DNA of 53,630 nucleotides from an uncultured Candidatus Saccharibacteria bacterium (GTDB taxonomy: Bacteria; Patescibacteriota; Minisyncoccia; UBA6257; GWB1-50-10): assembly GCA_964565515.1 (NCBI GenBank), contig CAZMFA010000003.1, positions 1 through 53,630 on the forward strand. Reading direction: 5' to 3'. The position numbers and the translations under genes were made by a program. Under the pieces are notes generated by a model. It worked only from the letters and a program-made list of their open reading frames with translations, was not told where the DNA came from and did no database searches. Below are positions 8,941-20,294 of this stretch, piece by piece; the stretch's first letter is position 1; each line of letters begins with the position of its first letter.

Positions 8941-11900
8941 ATGCAAAAAGTCAAAATTTTTTCGTCGCATAAAAAGCAGGCGTTCGCACCGGACAATTGG
9001 CTCGGTATTCAGGTCGATTCCTATCGATGGTTTCTCGAAAAAGGGCTTCGCGAGCTCTTCGACGAGATTTCGCCCATCAAAGATCACAGCGGGAACGAAC
9101 TAGAGTTGAGTTTTTTGGATTATCAATTCGACGAGCCGAAGTACACGGAAGCGCAATCGATGGAAAAGGATCTGACGTACGAAGCGCCGCTTCGGGCGAA
9201 CATCAAGCTCGTCAACAGGCTTACGAAAGATACGAAGGTGCAGGAGGTGTATTTGGGCGACTTCCCGGTTATGACCGCGCGAGGGACGTTCATTGTGAAC
9301 GGCGTGGAGCGGGTTGTCATTTCACAAATCATCCGATCGCCGGGCGCTTACTTTACGGCGAACATATGGAGAGGAAAGAAGCTTTTCGGCGCCAAATTGA
9401 TTCCCAATCGGGGGGCTTGGCTCGAATTCGAGACCGAAGCGGACGGTGCCATAACCGTGAAGATCGATCGGCGGAGAAAGGCTCCGGTGACGCAACTTCT
9501 CCGGATCTTCGGTTTCGAGACGAACGAGGAAATCAAGAAGGCCTTTGCGAAAGTCGATGTCGGAACCTTGAAGTACATCGACGTCACGCTTGCCAAAGAT
9601 GAATCGAAAACCCGCGACGAATCGTTCCTCGAGATCTATAAGCGGTTACGGCCGGGAGAACTCGCGACGCTCGAGAATGCAAAATTTCTCATCGAGCCGA
9701 TGTTTTCGCGTTTCGATCGGTACGACTTGAGCCCGGTCGGGAGGTATAAATTCAACCAGCGCTTGAGCATTGAAAAGAGGGACAGTCGCGTCCTTGATTT
9801 AAACGACTTGGTCGCCGTCATTTCGGAAATCGTGCGGCTCAACAACGACCAATCGTTGGAACCGGATGACATCGATCATTTGGGCAATCGGCGCATCAGG
9901 TCCGTCGGGGAATTGGTACAGCTCCGGTTGAGGATCGGTTTCGCGCGGTTGAAGCGGGGGATTCAAGATAAGATGTCGACGCTTGAGCGTTCGACCCTCC
10001 AGCCAGCGCAGCTCGTGAATTACAAACTTTTGACTTCGGTGGTGCGGGATTTCTTCGCATCATCCACCTTGTCGCAGTTCATGGATCAAGTGAACCCGCT
10101 CGCCGAACTCGAGCATAAACGGCGGGTTTCCTCCATGGGTCCCGGCGGACTCACGCGGGAGCGGGCCGGCTTCGAAGTTCGGGACGTGCACCTTTCCTAC
10201 TACGGAAGGATCTGCCCGATCCAAACGCCGGAAGGTGCGAATATCGGTATCGTGAACTACTTTGCGACGTGTGCCAGGATCAACGAATACGGATTCTTGG
10301 AGTCGCCGTACTATCGCGTAAAGAACGGAAAAGTTACCGACGAGCTCGTGTGGCTGAACGCCTTCAACGAGGAGAAATACAATATTACGCAGGCAGACGT
10401 TAGAACCGACGATGAGGGGAAGATTTTGGGAAAAGTCGTTCCCGCCCGCGTGAAGGGAAACCCTTCAACCTGCCAGGCGACCGAAGTGGACTTTATCGAT
10501 GTTTCGACGAATGAAATGATCAGTGTTTCGACGGCTCTCATACCGTTTTTGGAGCACAACGATGCCAACCGCGTACTCATGGGTTCGAACATGCAACGCC
10601 AAGCAGTACCGCCGCTCATGGCCGAAGCGCCGCTCGTTTGCACCGGTGAAGAAGAAAAAGCCGCCGTCGACTCGGGACAAGTCATCGTGGCGGACGTCCA
10701 CGGGGTCGTTTCCGAAGTCGACGGACGTTCCATAACGGTACGGTCGGAAAAAGGAAACAAAGTTTACAATCTTTATAAATTCAAGCGATCGAACAATTCG
10801 ACCTGCATGTCGCAGCGGCCGGTCATTTCGGTGGGCGAAAAAGTGCGCCCGGGAACCGTTTTGGCCGACGGACCGGCGACCGAAAACGGCGTTTTGGCAC
10901 TCGGTAAGAATCTCCTCGTGGCCTTTGTTCCGTTCTACGGAGCAAACTTCGAGGACGCCATCGTTGTTTCCGAGCGGGTTGCCCGCGAAGACCTCTTTAC
11001 CTCGGTGTATATCGATACGCATACCTGTCTCGTAAAAGATACAAAGCTAGGCCCTGAGATTACGACGCCTGATATTCCGAACGTCTCCGAGGAAAAACTG
11101 AGGAATTTAGATGCTGAAGGGATCATTCGGATCGGCGCCGAGGTTCGTGCAAACGATATCTTGGTCGGAAAAATTTCGCCCAAGGGCGAATCCGAGCTTA
11201 CTTCCGAAGAGCGGCTTCTTCGCGCCATCTTCGGGGAGAAGGCGCGGGATATCAAGGATACGTCCTTGACGCTGCCGCACGGCAAAGAAGGGAGGGTCAT
11301 CGGCATCAAAATATTCTCGCGCGACAAAGGCGACAAGCTCGACCCCGGCATCATCAAGAAGATCCAAGTGGAAGTTGCGCAACTCCGCAAAATCAAGGCA
11401 GGCGACAAACTTGCGGGGCGCTACGGCAACAAGGGCGTGATTTCCCAAATACGGAAGGTGGAAGATATGCCGTATCTTGCGGACGGAACGCCCGTTGACA
11501 TCGTTTTAAACCCCCTGGGCGTCGTCTCCCGCATGAACTTGGGTCAAATTATGGAAGTGAGCTTGGGTCTCGCCGCGAAAAAACTCGGTTATCGGGCCGT
11601 CGTGAAGAACTTCGTCGGTGCGTCCGACGAGGATATTACCAATGAGCTCGTGGCCGCGGGATATGAATCGAGCGGAAAGATGACGGTTTACAATGGCCTT
11701 ACAGGCCAGCCCTTTTCCGAGCCGATTACCGTCGGCTATATGTACATCATGAAGCTGAACCACCTGGTGGAAGACAAGATGCACGTACGATCCACCGGGC
11801 CGTACTCCTTGATCACTCAGCAGCCTTTGGGTGGAAAGGCGAACCTCGGGGGACAGCGTTTCGGGGAAATGGAAGTGTGGGCACTCGAAGGATACGGAGC

Positions 11901-12120
11901 GGCACACACGCTTCAAGAAATGTTGACCATTAAATCGGACGATGTCATGGGCCGCTCGGCGGCATTTGAATCGATCATCAGGGGACAAGAAATACGGAAA
12001 CCGAACGTCCCCGCTTCATTCAATGTGTTGGTTTCTGAAATGAAATCCTTAGGGCTCGACGTGAGTTACGAATACGAGCATAGTCGCGAGGGAGAAGATC
12101 ACAATGACGAAAACGAATAA
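8941..12120 (+). CDS. rpoB: RNA polymerase subunit beta
   Basis: SQFMDQ..HKRR, LMGSNMQRQAVP, GDKLAGRYGNKG, GGQRFGEMEVW; start at ATG 8941, after the mltG stop. Confidence 0.99.
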   Translation: MQKVKIFSSHKKQAFAPDNWLGIQVDSYRWFLEKGLRELFDEISPIKDHSGNELELSFLDYQFDEPKYTEAQSMEKDLTYEAPLRANIKLVNRLTKDTKVQEVYLGDFPVMTARGTFIVNGVERVVISQIIRSPGAYFTANIWRGKKLFGAKLIPNRGAWLEFETEADGAITVKIDRRRKAPVTQLLRIFGFETNEEIKKAFAKVDVGTLKYIDVTLAKDESKTRDESFLEIYKRLRPGELATLENAKFLIEPMFSRFDRYDLSPVGRYKFNQRLSIEKRDSRVLDLNDLVAVISEIVRLNNDQSLEPDDIDHLGNRRIRSVGELVQLRLRIGFARLKRGIQDKMSTLERSTLQPAQLVNYKLLTSVVRDFFASSTLSQFMDQVNPLAELEHKRRVSSMGPGGLTRERAGFEVRDVHLSYYGRICPIQTPEGANIGIVNYFATCARINEYGFLESPYYRVKNGKVTDELVWLNAFNEEKYNITQADVRTDDEGKILGKVVPARVKGNPSTCQATEVDFIDVSTNEMISVSTALIPFLEHNDANRVLMGSNMQRQAVPPLMAEAPLVCTGEEEKAAVDSGQVIVADVHGVVSEVDGRSITVRSEKGNKVYNLYKFKRSNNSTCMSQRPVISVGEKVRPGTVLADGPATENGVLALGKNLLVAFVPFYGANFEDAIVVSERVAREDLFTSVYIDTHTCLVKDTKLGPEITTPDIPNVSEEKLRNLDAEGIIRIGAEVRANDILVGKISPKGESELTSEERLLRAIFGEKARDIKDTSLTLPHGKEGRVIGIKIFSRDKGDKLDPGIIKKIQVEVAQLRKIKAGDKLAGRYGNKGVISQIRKVEDMPYLADGTPVDIVLNPLGVVSRMNLGQIMEVSLGLAAKKLGYRAVVKNFVGASDEDITNELVAAGYESSGKMTVYNGLTGQPFSEPITVGYMYIMKLNHLVEDKMHVRSTGPYSLITQQPLGGKANLGGQRFGEMEVWALEGYGAAHTLQEMLTIKSDDVMGRSAAFESIIRGQEIRKPNVPASFNVLVSEMKSLGLDVSYEYEHSREGEDHNDENE

Positions 12121-12132
12121 TCAACTACGACC

Positions 12133-15100
12133 ATGACCAGAGACGACATCAAAAAAATCGGTATCAAGTTGGCCTCGCCGGACGAAATCATGGAATGGTC
12201 CGCCCACAAGGGGCCGGACGGCGAAAAGATCTACGGCGAAGTGACGAAGCCGGAAACGTTGAACTACCGGACCCAGCGTCCGGAGAAAGACGGTTTGTTT
12301 TCGGAACGGATCTTCGGACCCACGAGGGATTACGAGTGCTATTGCGGAAAGTACAAGAAGGTGAAGTTCAAGGGCATCGTGTGCGAAAAGTGCGGCGTCG
12401 AAGTCACTCATTCGTCGGTCCGTCGGGAGCGGATGGGGCATATCAAGCTTGCCGCGCCGGTCACCCATATTTGGTTTTTGAAAACGGTCCCCTCGCGCAT
12501 CAGTCTCGCCTTGAATATTTCCGAGCCGAAGCTTGAGAAGGTGATCTACTATGCGGCGTACATCGTCACCAAGGTGAACGAAGAAAATAAAAAGAGGGCC
12601 TTGGAGGGTGTCACGAAGGAGTTCAAGTCGTTGAAAGAAGAAGGTTTTAAGTCAGAAGAACTCAAAAAGAAGCAAACCGAAGTCAAGGAGATTCTTTCGC
12701 TCTTGAAGCCGGGATTGATCTTGAGTCAAGACGAATACTACAGCTTGGTCGAGCGGTTCGGCGATGTCTTTGAAGCCGGCCAGGGGGCGGAAGCGATACG
12801 AAAGATCATGGAAAGCATCGACCTGAAAGCCCTTTTGAAGCAGCTCGAGCGTGAATTGGAAGAAGTGAACGACGCCTTGAAACAAAAGAGGATTCTCCTC
12901 CGCTTGAAGCTCGTCCGCTCGATGTTGAAATCCGGCGTTCGCCCCGAGTGGATGGTTTTAACGACGTTGCCGATCCTTCCTCCGGAACTCCGCCCGATGG
13001 TCGTCTTGGACGGCGGTTTTTACGCGACGGCCGACTTGAACGATCTCTATGCCCGCGTCATCAATCGGAACAATCGGTTGAAAAAGCTCATCGAGCTCAA
13101 ATCGCCCGAAGTCATCATCGTGAATGAAAAGCGGATGCTCCAGGAAGCCGTGGATGCGCTTATCGACAACACAGCTCGTTTGGGGAGCCAACTCCTGTCA
13201 TCTAAGCGCCGGCCCTTGAAGTCGCTTGCCGACATGTTGAAGGGAAAGCAGGGGCGGTTCCGTCAGAACCTTCTCGGGAAACGCGTCGATTATTCCGGCC
13301 GCTCGGTTATCGTCGTCGGCCCCGAATTGAAACTCAATGAATGCGGTCTTCCGAAGAACATGGCAATCGAGCTCTTCCGCCCGTTCGTCATCAATAAAAT
13401 AATAGAGCGCGGGTTCGCGTTCAATATCAAGCAGGCGAACCGGCTCATTGAGCAAGGCCCGCCGGAAGTATGGGCGATTTTGGAAGAGGTTATTCAGTCA
13501 AGGAGGGTGCTCTTGAACCGCGCCCCGACGCTTCACCGCCTCGGCATTCAAGCGTTCAAGCCCGTCCTTATCGAAGATCTTGCGATCCGGATCCCGCCCT
13601 TAGTTTGCACCGCTTTCAACGCCGACTTCGACGGAGACCAAATGGCCATCCACTTGCCTTTGACTGCCGAAGCGCAGTACGAGGCGGAAAATCTCATGGA
13701 TGCCGGGAAGAACCTCTTGAAGCCGGCCGACGGCGGACCGATCGTCACGCCGACCAACGATGTCATTTTGGGCGTTTACTTCCTGACGCATATCAAGAAG
13801 GGAGCGAAAGGAGAGGGGAAGTCGTTTGCCGATGTTCGCGACCTTGCCTTTGCCGTCGAAAACGGATTGGTTGATATAGGTGCGATGGTCAAAGTGTATG
13901 TCGAAGGAAAACTTATGGAGACATCGTTCGGCCGCCTCGTTTTTAACGAGGTTTTGCCGGATGATTTTGAATACGTGAACGATGCGCTCGATAAGGGCGG
14001 CTTGAAGAGTTTGGTTTCCCGGATCATCGAGGATCGAAGTGTGGATGAAAGCAGATTTTACGTCGACAAGATCAAGGATCTCGGTTTTTACTACTCGACG
14101 GTTTCTTCGATAACCTGGGGCATGCTCGACACGATACTTCCCGAAGCAAAGAAGGGCATCCTCGAGGGAGCCGAAAAAGAAGTTGCTTTGATCGAGGATC
14201 AATACGATGAAGGGCTCTTAACGTTCGAAGAGCGGAAGAGCAGGATTATCACAATCTGGACCGATGCTCGGGAACGCATCGCGAAGATCCTCCCTGGAAC
14301 GCTTACGGAAGGAAACCCGCTCTCCATGATTTTGAACTCAAAGTCGCGCGGCAGTTGGTCGCAAATGATCCAGATGGTCGGCATGAAAGGATTGATCCAA
14401 GACGTGCGCGGGGAAACGATCGAATTGCCCGCCAAATCCTCTTATAAGGAAGGGCTTGGTGTCCTTGAATATTTCATCAGCGCCCACGGTGCTCGAAAGG
14501 GTTCGACCGACACGGCCCTGAAGACCGCCGCTGCCGGATATCTTACGCGGCGTCTAGTTGATGTCGCACAAGACGTTTTTATCAGCGAAGAAGATTGCGG
14601 CGCAAAGGAGGGGATCGAGATCATACGGGCCGAAGGAGATGCTTACGGTTATTCGTTCGCCGAGCGCATCTTTTCGCGGACGGCGTTGGAAGATATTCGC
14701 GTCGATCGGAAGGTTGTCGTGAAGGCCGGCGGGCCGATCGGCCGTGAAGCAGCGAAGGAAATTCAAAATTCGAAGTTGGAATCGATCAAAGTAAGAACTC
14801 CCATCACCTGCAAGGCAGCTTCCGGCATTTGCGCGACGTGTTACGGATTGGATTTGGGGAGGAATAAGAAAGTGGAGCGGGGAGAAGCGGTCGGCGTCAT
14901 AGCCGCTCAATCCATCGGCGAACCCGGTACCCAGCTTACGCTTCGAACGTTCCATATCGGCGGTATTGCCGGATCGGATATTACGCACGGTTTGCCGAGA
15001 ATTGAGGAGATCTTCGAAGCCAGGATTCCGAAAGGAAAAGCGACCTTGGTGCGGGCGGACGGTATCGTGACCGATATTTCCGATCGGGGACTTTCGACCG

Positions 15101-15819
15101 TCATTGCGGTCAGAGAAGAAGCTTCGTCCGGCGTGAAGCGGAGGGGCAGGAGGACTTCGAAGGAAAAGGATGTCTACGAATATTTAGTGCCGCCGCGCGC
15201 CGGCATCCGGGTTAAGATCGGAGATAAGGTGCAACGCGGAGAACAAATATACGAAGGGCCGATGGATTTGCGGGAAATTCTCGCCTACCACGGTCTCAGC
15301 GAACTCATCCATTATGTGGTGAACGAGATCCAAAAGATTTACGTGACGCAAGGTTCGGTCATCAACGATAAGCACATCGAAATCATGGTGCGGCAGATGC
15401 TTTCCAAAGTTACCGTGAAGGATCCGGGCGATACGGAATTCATGCTCGGGGAAATCGCAAGCAAACCGAAATTCATAGCGGTCGCGAAGGAAGCAAAACG
15501 ATCGAAGAAGAAACCGCCGCGCGCCGTCCAGAGGGTCTTTGGCATCACGAGGATCGCGCTTAGCACCGAAAGCTTCCTTTCGGCTGCTTCCTTCCAGGAG
15601 ACCGCGCGGGTGCTTGTCGAAGCCGCCATCGCCGCAAAAGTTGATTCATTGAAAGGTCTCAAGGAAAACGTGATCATCGGCCGTCTCATACCGGCCGGTA
15701 CGGGGGTAAAAAAGATACCAGAAGAAGCTTTGCGCGAAATGAAGATAAAATTGACAGGGACCCCCGTTTCTGATAATGTGACTCAAACTACACCAGATGG
15801 AGGAGAAGGACAAAAATAA
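12133..15819 (+). CDS. rpoC: RNA polymerase subunit beta'
   Basis: Zn ribbon CYCG..CEKC; NADFDGDQM; GEPGTQLTLRTFH; SAASFQET. Confidence 0.99.
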   Translation: MTRDDIKKIGIKLASPDEIMEWSAHKGPDGEKIYGEVTKPETLNYRTQRPEKDGLFSERIFGPTRDYECYCGKYKKVKFKGIVCEKCGVEVTHSSVRRERMGHIKLAAPVTHIWFLKTVPSRISLALNISEPKLEKVIYYAAYIVTKVNEENKKRALEGVTKEFKSLKEEGFKSEELKKKQTEVKEILSLLKPGLILSQDEYYSLVERFGDVFEAGQGAEAIRKIMESIDLKALLKQLERELEEVNDALKQKRILLRLKLVRSMLKSGVRPEWMVLTTLPILPPELRPMVVLDGGFYATADLNDLYARVINRNNRLKKLIELKSPEVIIVNEKRMLQEAVDALIDNTARLGSQLLSSKRRPLKSLADMLKGKQGRFRQNLLGKRVDYSGRSVIVVGPELKLNECGLPKNMAIELFRPFVINKIIERGFAFNIKQANRLIEQGPPEVWAILEEVIQSRRVLLNRAPTLHRLGIQAFKPVLIEDLAIRIPPLVCTAFNADFDGDQMAIHLPLTAEAQYEAENLMDAGKNLLKPADGGPIVTPTNDVILGVYFLTHIKKGAKGEGKSFADVRDLAFAVENGLVDIGAMVKVYVEGKLMETSFGRLVFNEVLPDDFEYVNDALDKGGLKSLVSRIIEDRSVDESRFYVDKIKDLGFYYSTVSSITWGMLDTILPEAKKGILEGAEKEVALIEDQYDEGLLTFEERKSRIITIWTDARERIAKILPGTLTEGNPLSMILNSKSRGSWSQMIQMVGMKGLIQDVRGETIELPAKSSYKEGLGVLEYFISAHGARKGSTDTALKTAAAGYLTRRLVDVAQDVFISEEDCGAKEGIEIIRAEGDAYGYSFAERIFSRTALEDIRVDRKVVVKAGGPIGREAAKEIQNSKLESIKVRTPITCKAASGICATCYGLDLGRNKKVERGEAVGVIAAQSIGEPGTQLTLRTFHIGGIAGSDITHGLPRIEEIFEARIPKGKATLVRADGIVTDISDRGLSTVIAVREEASSGVKRRGRRTSKEKDVYEYLVPPRAGIRVKIGDKVQRGEQIYEGPMDLREILAYHGLSELIHYVVNEIQKIYVTQGSVINDKHIEIMVRQMLSKVTVKDPGDTEFMLGEIASKPKFIAVAKEAKRSKKKPPRAVQRVFGITRIALSTESFLSAASFQETARVLVEAAIAAKVDSLKGLKENVIIGRLIPAGTGVKKIPEEALREMKIKLTGTPVSDNVTQTTPDGGEGQK
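15751..15779 (+). promoter_or_regulatory. Putative sigma70 promoter for rpsF inside the 3' end of rpoC
   Basis: TTGACA(15751)-N17-TAATGT(15774) with extended TG. Confidence 0.45.
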
Positions 15820-16225
15820 CTACGAAATAACGTTTTGGGTAAAGGAGGAAAACGCCTCCCCCGTCACGGCCATTCTTAAAAAGAACGGCTGTGACATCGT
15901 TGAAGAAAAACCTCTTCAAAAGATGCAATTGGGATATCCGATTAAGAAAGAAAAGTACGCTTTTTTGGGAACGGTGACCTTTGCCGCTTATTCCGAGGCC
16001 GCTCAAGCTATCCGTGACCCCCTGAACTTAGAAGGATCGGTTTTAAGGTACACGCTCAGCAATACCGACAAGAAGCCGGTTGAAAAAGGAATGGATGAAT
16101 CGATGCGCGGCAGTTTTTCGTCTTTGCGGGAAAGGTCAAATTATTCAAGCTCTTTCAAGAGGAAGGAAGAGGGAGTGCTCACCAACGAGAGCTTGGAAAA
16201 GAAAATAGAAGAGATTTTGAACTAA
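15797..16225 (+). CDS. rpsF: 30S ribosomal protein S6
   Basis: NYEITF, LGYPIKK, VLRY; conserved rpsF-ssb-rpsR order. Confidence 0.9.
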   Translation: MEEKDKNNYEITFWVKEENASPVTAILKKNGCDIVEEKPLQKMQLGYPIKKEKYAFLGTVTFAAYSEAAQAIRDPLNLEGSVLRYTLSNTDKKPVEKGMDESMRGSFSSLRERSNYSSSFKRKEEGVLTNESLEKKIEEILN

Positions 16226-16226
16226 T

Positions 16227-16769
<543 letters not shown>

Positions 16770-16774
16770 AACGA

Positions 16775-16830
16775 ATAGTTAGTATGCGGTACGAAGTATT
16801 TCGTATACTAAATACCGAATACTGAATACA
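16775..16830. repeat. Heptamer hairpin repeat, family C (ATACTAA/ATACCAA) copy 1
   Basis: Shares GTATTTCGTATACTAAATAC with 30952-31018. Confidence 0.65.
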
Positions 16831-16842
16831 ATATACAAATCA

Positions 16843-16971
16843 ATGAATCCCGTTAGAAATCGCGTACGCATGTCAAAAGAGAAAATAATGAATAAAAAAC
16901 TGGTCGGAAATACCAAAGATAACAGACGCAAAGCGCAGGGCGCGTATGCGTACTATTTCTAACGGGATGAA
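16843..16971. repeat. Start-codon-associated inverted-repeat element 2
   Basis: 14-bp IR at 16847-16860 / 16955-16968, inner IR GTACGCAT/ATGCGTAC, ATGAA at both ends. Confidence 0.85.
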
Positions 16972-17176
16972 ACAGCAAAAACAGTGTTTTTTTTGTTCGC
17001 AGAACTCCAAGGTTATCGATTACCACGACGTCGATACGTTAAAGAAATTCGTCTCGAGCCAGCTTAAGATCATCGATCCGCGTCATAGCCATATCTGCGC
17101 GAAGCATCAGCGAAGGCTTGCAAAGGCTATCAAGCAGGCGAGAGTCATGGGCCTTTTGCCCTTCGTGAAGAAGTAA
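16967..17176 (+). CDS. rpsR: 30S ribosomal protein S18
   Basis: CFFC, IDY, CAKHQRRLAKAIKQARVMGLLPF; start set at the ATG after the IR element. Confidence 0.95.
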   Translation: MKQQKQCFFCSQNSKVIDYHDVDTLKKFVSSQLKIIDPRHSHICAKHQRRLAKAIKQARVMGLLPFVKK

Positions 17177-17183
17177 AGAAGCG

Positions 17184-17753
17184 ATGGCTTTGGACCTCAA
17201 GGTTTTTCAGTTGATCCACGGATTGTCGGGCATTTCCGGTATCGTGGATTTCCTCGGTGTTTTTTTGGCGGAGTATTTGCCGTATCTTATGGGAGTAGCG
17301 CTCCTTTTTTTCGTTTTCAAACGCGAGGGGACCAAAAACAAATTGATGGCTTTCTTTTCCTTGATTTTCACCGCCATCGTTTCTTATTCCGTTTTGACTG
17401 CGCTTATCGATTTTTTCTTTCCCCGTGAACGGCCGTCCGTGTTTCTCGGAATCACTCCGCTCGTGGCAGCGAACGGCCCTTCGTTCCCGTCGGCGTACGC
17501 AGCCTTTTTCTTTGCTGCGTCCTTCTTCCTTTTTTCGATGAGCAAAAGATGGGGGATTTGGTTCCTTGTTCTTTCGACGATTATGAGTATCGCAAGAATA
17601 TTCGTCGGCATCCATTACCCGTCGGATATCGTTGGGGGGGTCGTGGTCGGCCTCGTCACCTTCCTCGTCTATAAATTCCTTTTCCATCCTCGCCATGAAT
17701 CGACCGTTTCCGATGAACCGCCGAGGGAAAATCCCGAAAGAGCTGGAAAATAA
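17184..17753 (+). CDS. PAP2-family (BcrC-like) membrane phosphatase
   Basis: RERP, SFPSAY, ARIFVGIHYPSD; multiple TMs. Confidence 0.85.
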   Translation: MALDLKVFQLIHGLSGISGIVDFLGVFLAEYLPYLMGVALLFFVFKREGTKNKLMAFFSLIFTAIVSYSVLTALIDFFFPRERPSVFLGITPLVAANGPSFPSAYAAFFFAASFFLFSMSKRWGIWFLVLSTIMSIARIFVGIHYPSDIVGGVVVGLVTFLVYKFLFHPRHESTVSDEPPRENPERAGK

Positions 17754-18312
17754 TCTCGCCGCATCGCTGCGAAGTGGTGCGGTCGGAATTTTCCCGACGG
17801 ATACCATTTACGGTATCGTCACTTCGGCTTTTTCCCCGAAGGGGGTCCGCCGCATTTATCGTCTACGGAAGAGAAATCCGCGGAAGCCTTTTATCGTGCT
17901 TATTTCCTCTTCCCGCGATCTCGTAAAGTTCGGCGTGCAACCTTCGGTTCGGCAAAAGAAGATTATGCGTATCGTTTGGCCCGGACCCACGAGCTTGATC
18001 TTTTCGATACCGCGCGGGAAATTCGACTATTTGACGAGGGGGACCGGCAGTTTGGCCTTCCGGGTCCCTAAGCCGGTCCGGCTTCGCGAGTTTCTCTCGG
18101 CTTCGGGTCCTCTTGTCGCACCTTCGGCCAATTGGGAGGGAAAAAAGCCCTCGAGGAACGCACGTGAAGCGAGAAAGTACTTCGGCGATGAGGTGGATTT
18201 CTATGTTTCGAGGGGAGACCTGATTTCCGCTCCCTCAACTCTCATTTCCCTGGTCAGGGGGATGAAGGTGCTGAGGAAAGGTGCTTCGAGCCTGAGAGGG
18301 TTGATAAAATAA
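17713..18312 (+). CDS. tsaC: L-threonylcarbamoyladenylate synthase (TsaC/YrdC domain only)
   Basis: FPTDTIYG, KRNPRKP, WPGPTS, AFRVP, APSAN, PST; start uncertain (17695 or 17713). Confidence 0.9.
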   Translation: MNRRGKIPKELENNLAASLRSGAVGIFPTDTIYGIVTSAFSPKGVRRIYRLRKRNPRKPFIVLISSSRDLVKFGVQPSVRQKKIMRIVWPGPTSLIFSIPRGKFDYLTRGTGSLAFRVPKPVRLREFLSASGPLVAPSANWEGKKPSRNAREARKYFGDEVDFYVSRGDLISAPSTLISLVRGMKVLRKGASSLRGLIK

Positions 18313-18341
18313 CAATTTCATGGTATTTTGTACCTACTGAC

Positions 18342-18527
18342 ATGTTCGAAAAAATAGGCAATTTCATACAAGATTCCAAGCAGGAATTGAAGAAAGTGAA
18401 TTGGCCGACCCGCGAAGAAACGACGCGGTATACGCTTTTTGTGATAGGGTTTTCCGTCGGTTTGGCGGCGTTCTTGGGGGTTCTTGATTTTGTCTTCTTG
18501 CAGATCCTCCAGCGGATCGTTTTTTAG
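18342..18527 (+). CDS. secE: Preprotein translocase SecE
   Basis: ELKKVNWPTREE plus one TM; precedes nusG. Confidence 0.95.
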   Translation: MFEKIGNFIQDSKQELKKVNWPTREETTRYTLFVIGFSVGLAAFLGVLDFVFLQILQRIVF

Positions 18528-18528
18528 C

Positions 18529-19083
18529 ATGGAACCGGAAAAAGAAACAATCCAAAGGAATAAGGCCTGGTATGCGGTGCATACCTATTCCGGCTACGAG
18601 GATGCGGTAGCGAAATATTTAAAACAAAGAATATCATCGCTCGGCATGACCGATAAGATCTTCGACGTCGTGGTGCCGAAGGAAGTGAAGATCAAGATTA
18701 GGAATGGCAAGCGGCAAAAAACGGAGGAAAAGATTTATCCCGGTTACGTCCTTGTCCACATGATCTTGGACAACGATTCATGGTATGTGGTGAGAAATAC
18801 ACCGCGCGTCACCGGGTTTGTTGGAGCCGATTCGACGAAGCCGACGCCGCTTTCGAAAAATGAAGTCGACGAGCTCATGATGCGGATGGGCGGCCAGGAA
18901 CCGAAATTCAAGGTTGACTTCAAAGTCGATGAAATGGTAAAAATAACCGACGGCCCGTTCAAAGATCAAGAAGGAAGAATCTCCGAGATCGATGATGAGC
19001 GGGGAAGAATCAAGGTCTTGGTGCCGATCTTCGGCAGGGACACCGTCGTCGAACTGGATTCATTGCAGGTAAGGAAGTTATAA
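18529..19083 (+). CDS. nusG: Transcription factor NusG
   Basis: [39 protein letters not shown]. Confidence 0.98.
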   Translation: MEPEKETIQRNKAWYAVHTYSGYEDAVAKYLKQRISSLGMTDKIFDVVVPKEVKIKIRNGKRQKTEEKIYPGYVLVHMILDNDSWYVVRNTPRVTGFVGADSTKPTPLSKNEVDELMMRMGGQEPKFKVDFKVDEMVKITDGPFKDQEGRISEIDDERGRIKVLVPIFGRDTVVELDSLQVRKL

Positions 19084-19087
19084 AAAC

Positions 19088-19513
19088 ATGGCAAAACCAA
19101 TCAAAACAACGTTAAAATTGCAGATCAAGGCCGGGGAAGCAACGCCGGCACCGCCAATCGGACCGGCCCTCGGTCAGCATGGCGTGAATATCGGGGCGTT
19201 CGTCGCTCAGTTTAACGAAGCGACGAAGGATATGCGGGGGGATGTCATTCCCGCCGAAATTACCATCTACGAAGACCGTTCCTTCGATTTTAAATTGAAG
19301 ACACCTCCGGCTTCGGCACTCTTGAAGAAGGCCGCCGGTCTCGAAAAAGCTTCCGCTGAACCCGGAAGGAAGGCGGTCGGCAAAATAACGCGCGAAGACC
19401 TCCGGGCGATCGCCGAAAAGAAGATGGTTGACTTGAACGCCAACGATGTGGAATCAGCCATGAAGATCATTGCAGGCACCGCAAAGAATATGGGGATTGA
19501 AATTACGGAGTAA
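19088..19513 (+). CDS. rplK: 50S ribosomal protein L11
   Basis: [31 protein letters not shown]. Confidence 0.99.
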   Translation: MAKPIKTTLKLQIKAGEATPAPPIGPALGQHGVNIGAFVAQFNEATKDMRGDVIPAEITIYEDRSFDFKLKTPPASALLKKAAGLEKASAEPGRKAVGKITREDLRAIAEKKMVDLNANDVESAMKIIAGTAKNMGIEITE

Positions 19514-19526
19514 TTTCCCTTCCCTT

Positions 19527-19563
19527 CCCCCCGAGCACTGAAGATGCTCGGGGGGTCTTTTTT
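19527..19563 (+). terminator. Intrinsic terminator after rplK
   Basis: 11-bp stem CCCCCCGAGCA/TGCTCGGGGGG followed by TCTTTTTT. Confidence 0.85.
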
Positions 19564-19607
19564 GTTCGCCTCGCTGATATTCTTTTTGGTTGGTATAATA
19601 GGGAACA

Positions 19608-20294
19608 ATGAAAAAAGGGAAATTCATCGCGATCGAAGGCATCGACGGGTCGGGGAAGGGAGAACAGTTCAAGCTTCTCTTGAAAAGATTGAAGCGCGAA
19701 GGTTTCAGGGTCGCGACGTTCGATTTCCCGCAATACGGCAAGCCGTCCGCCTTTTTTGTTGAACGCTATTTGAACGGCCGCTACGGCGGCTGGCGGGAGG
19801 TCGGGCCGTACAAGGCCTCTGTTTTTTATGCCATGGACCGGTTCGACGTCGGGCCGAAGATCGAGAAGTGGATCAATGAGGGTCGGGTGGTCGTTTCAAA
19901 CCGCTACGTGCCGTCGAATATGGGCCATCAAGGCGCGAAGATAGAAAACGGACGCGCGAGAAAAAAGTACCTCAGGTGGGTTTATGATTTCGAGTATGGG
20001 ATCATGGGCATCCCCAAGCCCGATGTTTCACTTGTCCTCCACGTTCCGGCGCAGATAGCATACGGTCTCATTGGAAAGAAACGATCGCGCAAATATCTTA
20101 TGGGGAAACAGCGCGACATCCATGAAGGCAGCCCTGAACATTTAGAGAGGGCCGAACGGACCTATCTTGAAATAGCGAAGCTATTTCCCGGCGATTTCAC
20201 GGTTATTCAGTGCGTTGGAGATAAAAAACTCCTCACCATCGAGGAGATTCACGAGAAGGTATGGAAAGAAGTTCGACGGCTGGTCAGGGCTTGA
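19608..20294 (+). CDS. tmk: Thymidylate kinase
   Basis: [33 protein letters not shown]. Confidence 0.9.
   Translation: MKKGKFIAIEGIDGSGKGEQFKLLLKRLKREGFRVATFDFPQYGKPSAFFVERYLNGRYGGWREVGPYKASVFYAMDRFDVGPKIEKWINEGRVVVSNRYVPSNMGHQGAKIENGRARKKYLRWVYDFEYGIMGIPKPDVSLVLHVPAQIAYGLIGKKRSRKYLMGKQRDIHEGSPEHLERAERTYLEIAKLFPGDFTVIQCVGDKKLLTIEEIHEKVWKEVRRLVRA

Noticed and set aside
10050-11440. RpoB substitutions (S522A- and L533M-equivalent; GRY for GRH)
   Set aside because: Plausibly lineage divergence; D516, H526 and S531 equivalents are intact, so a resistance claim is unsupported
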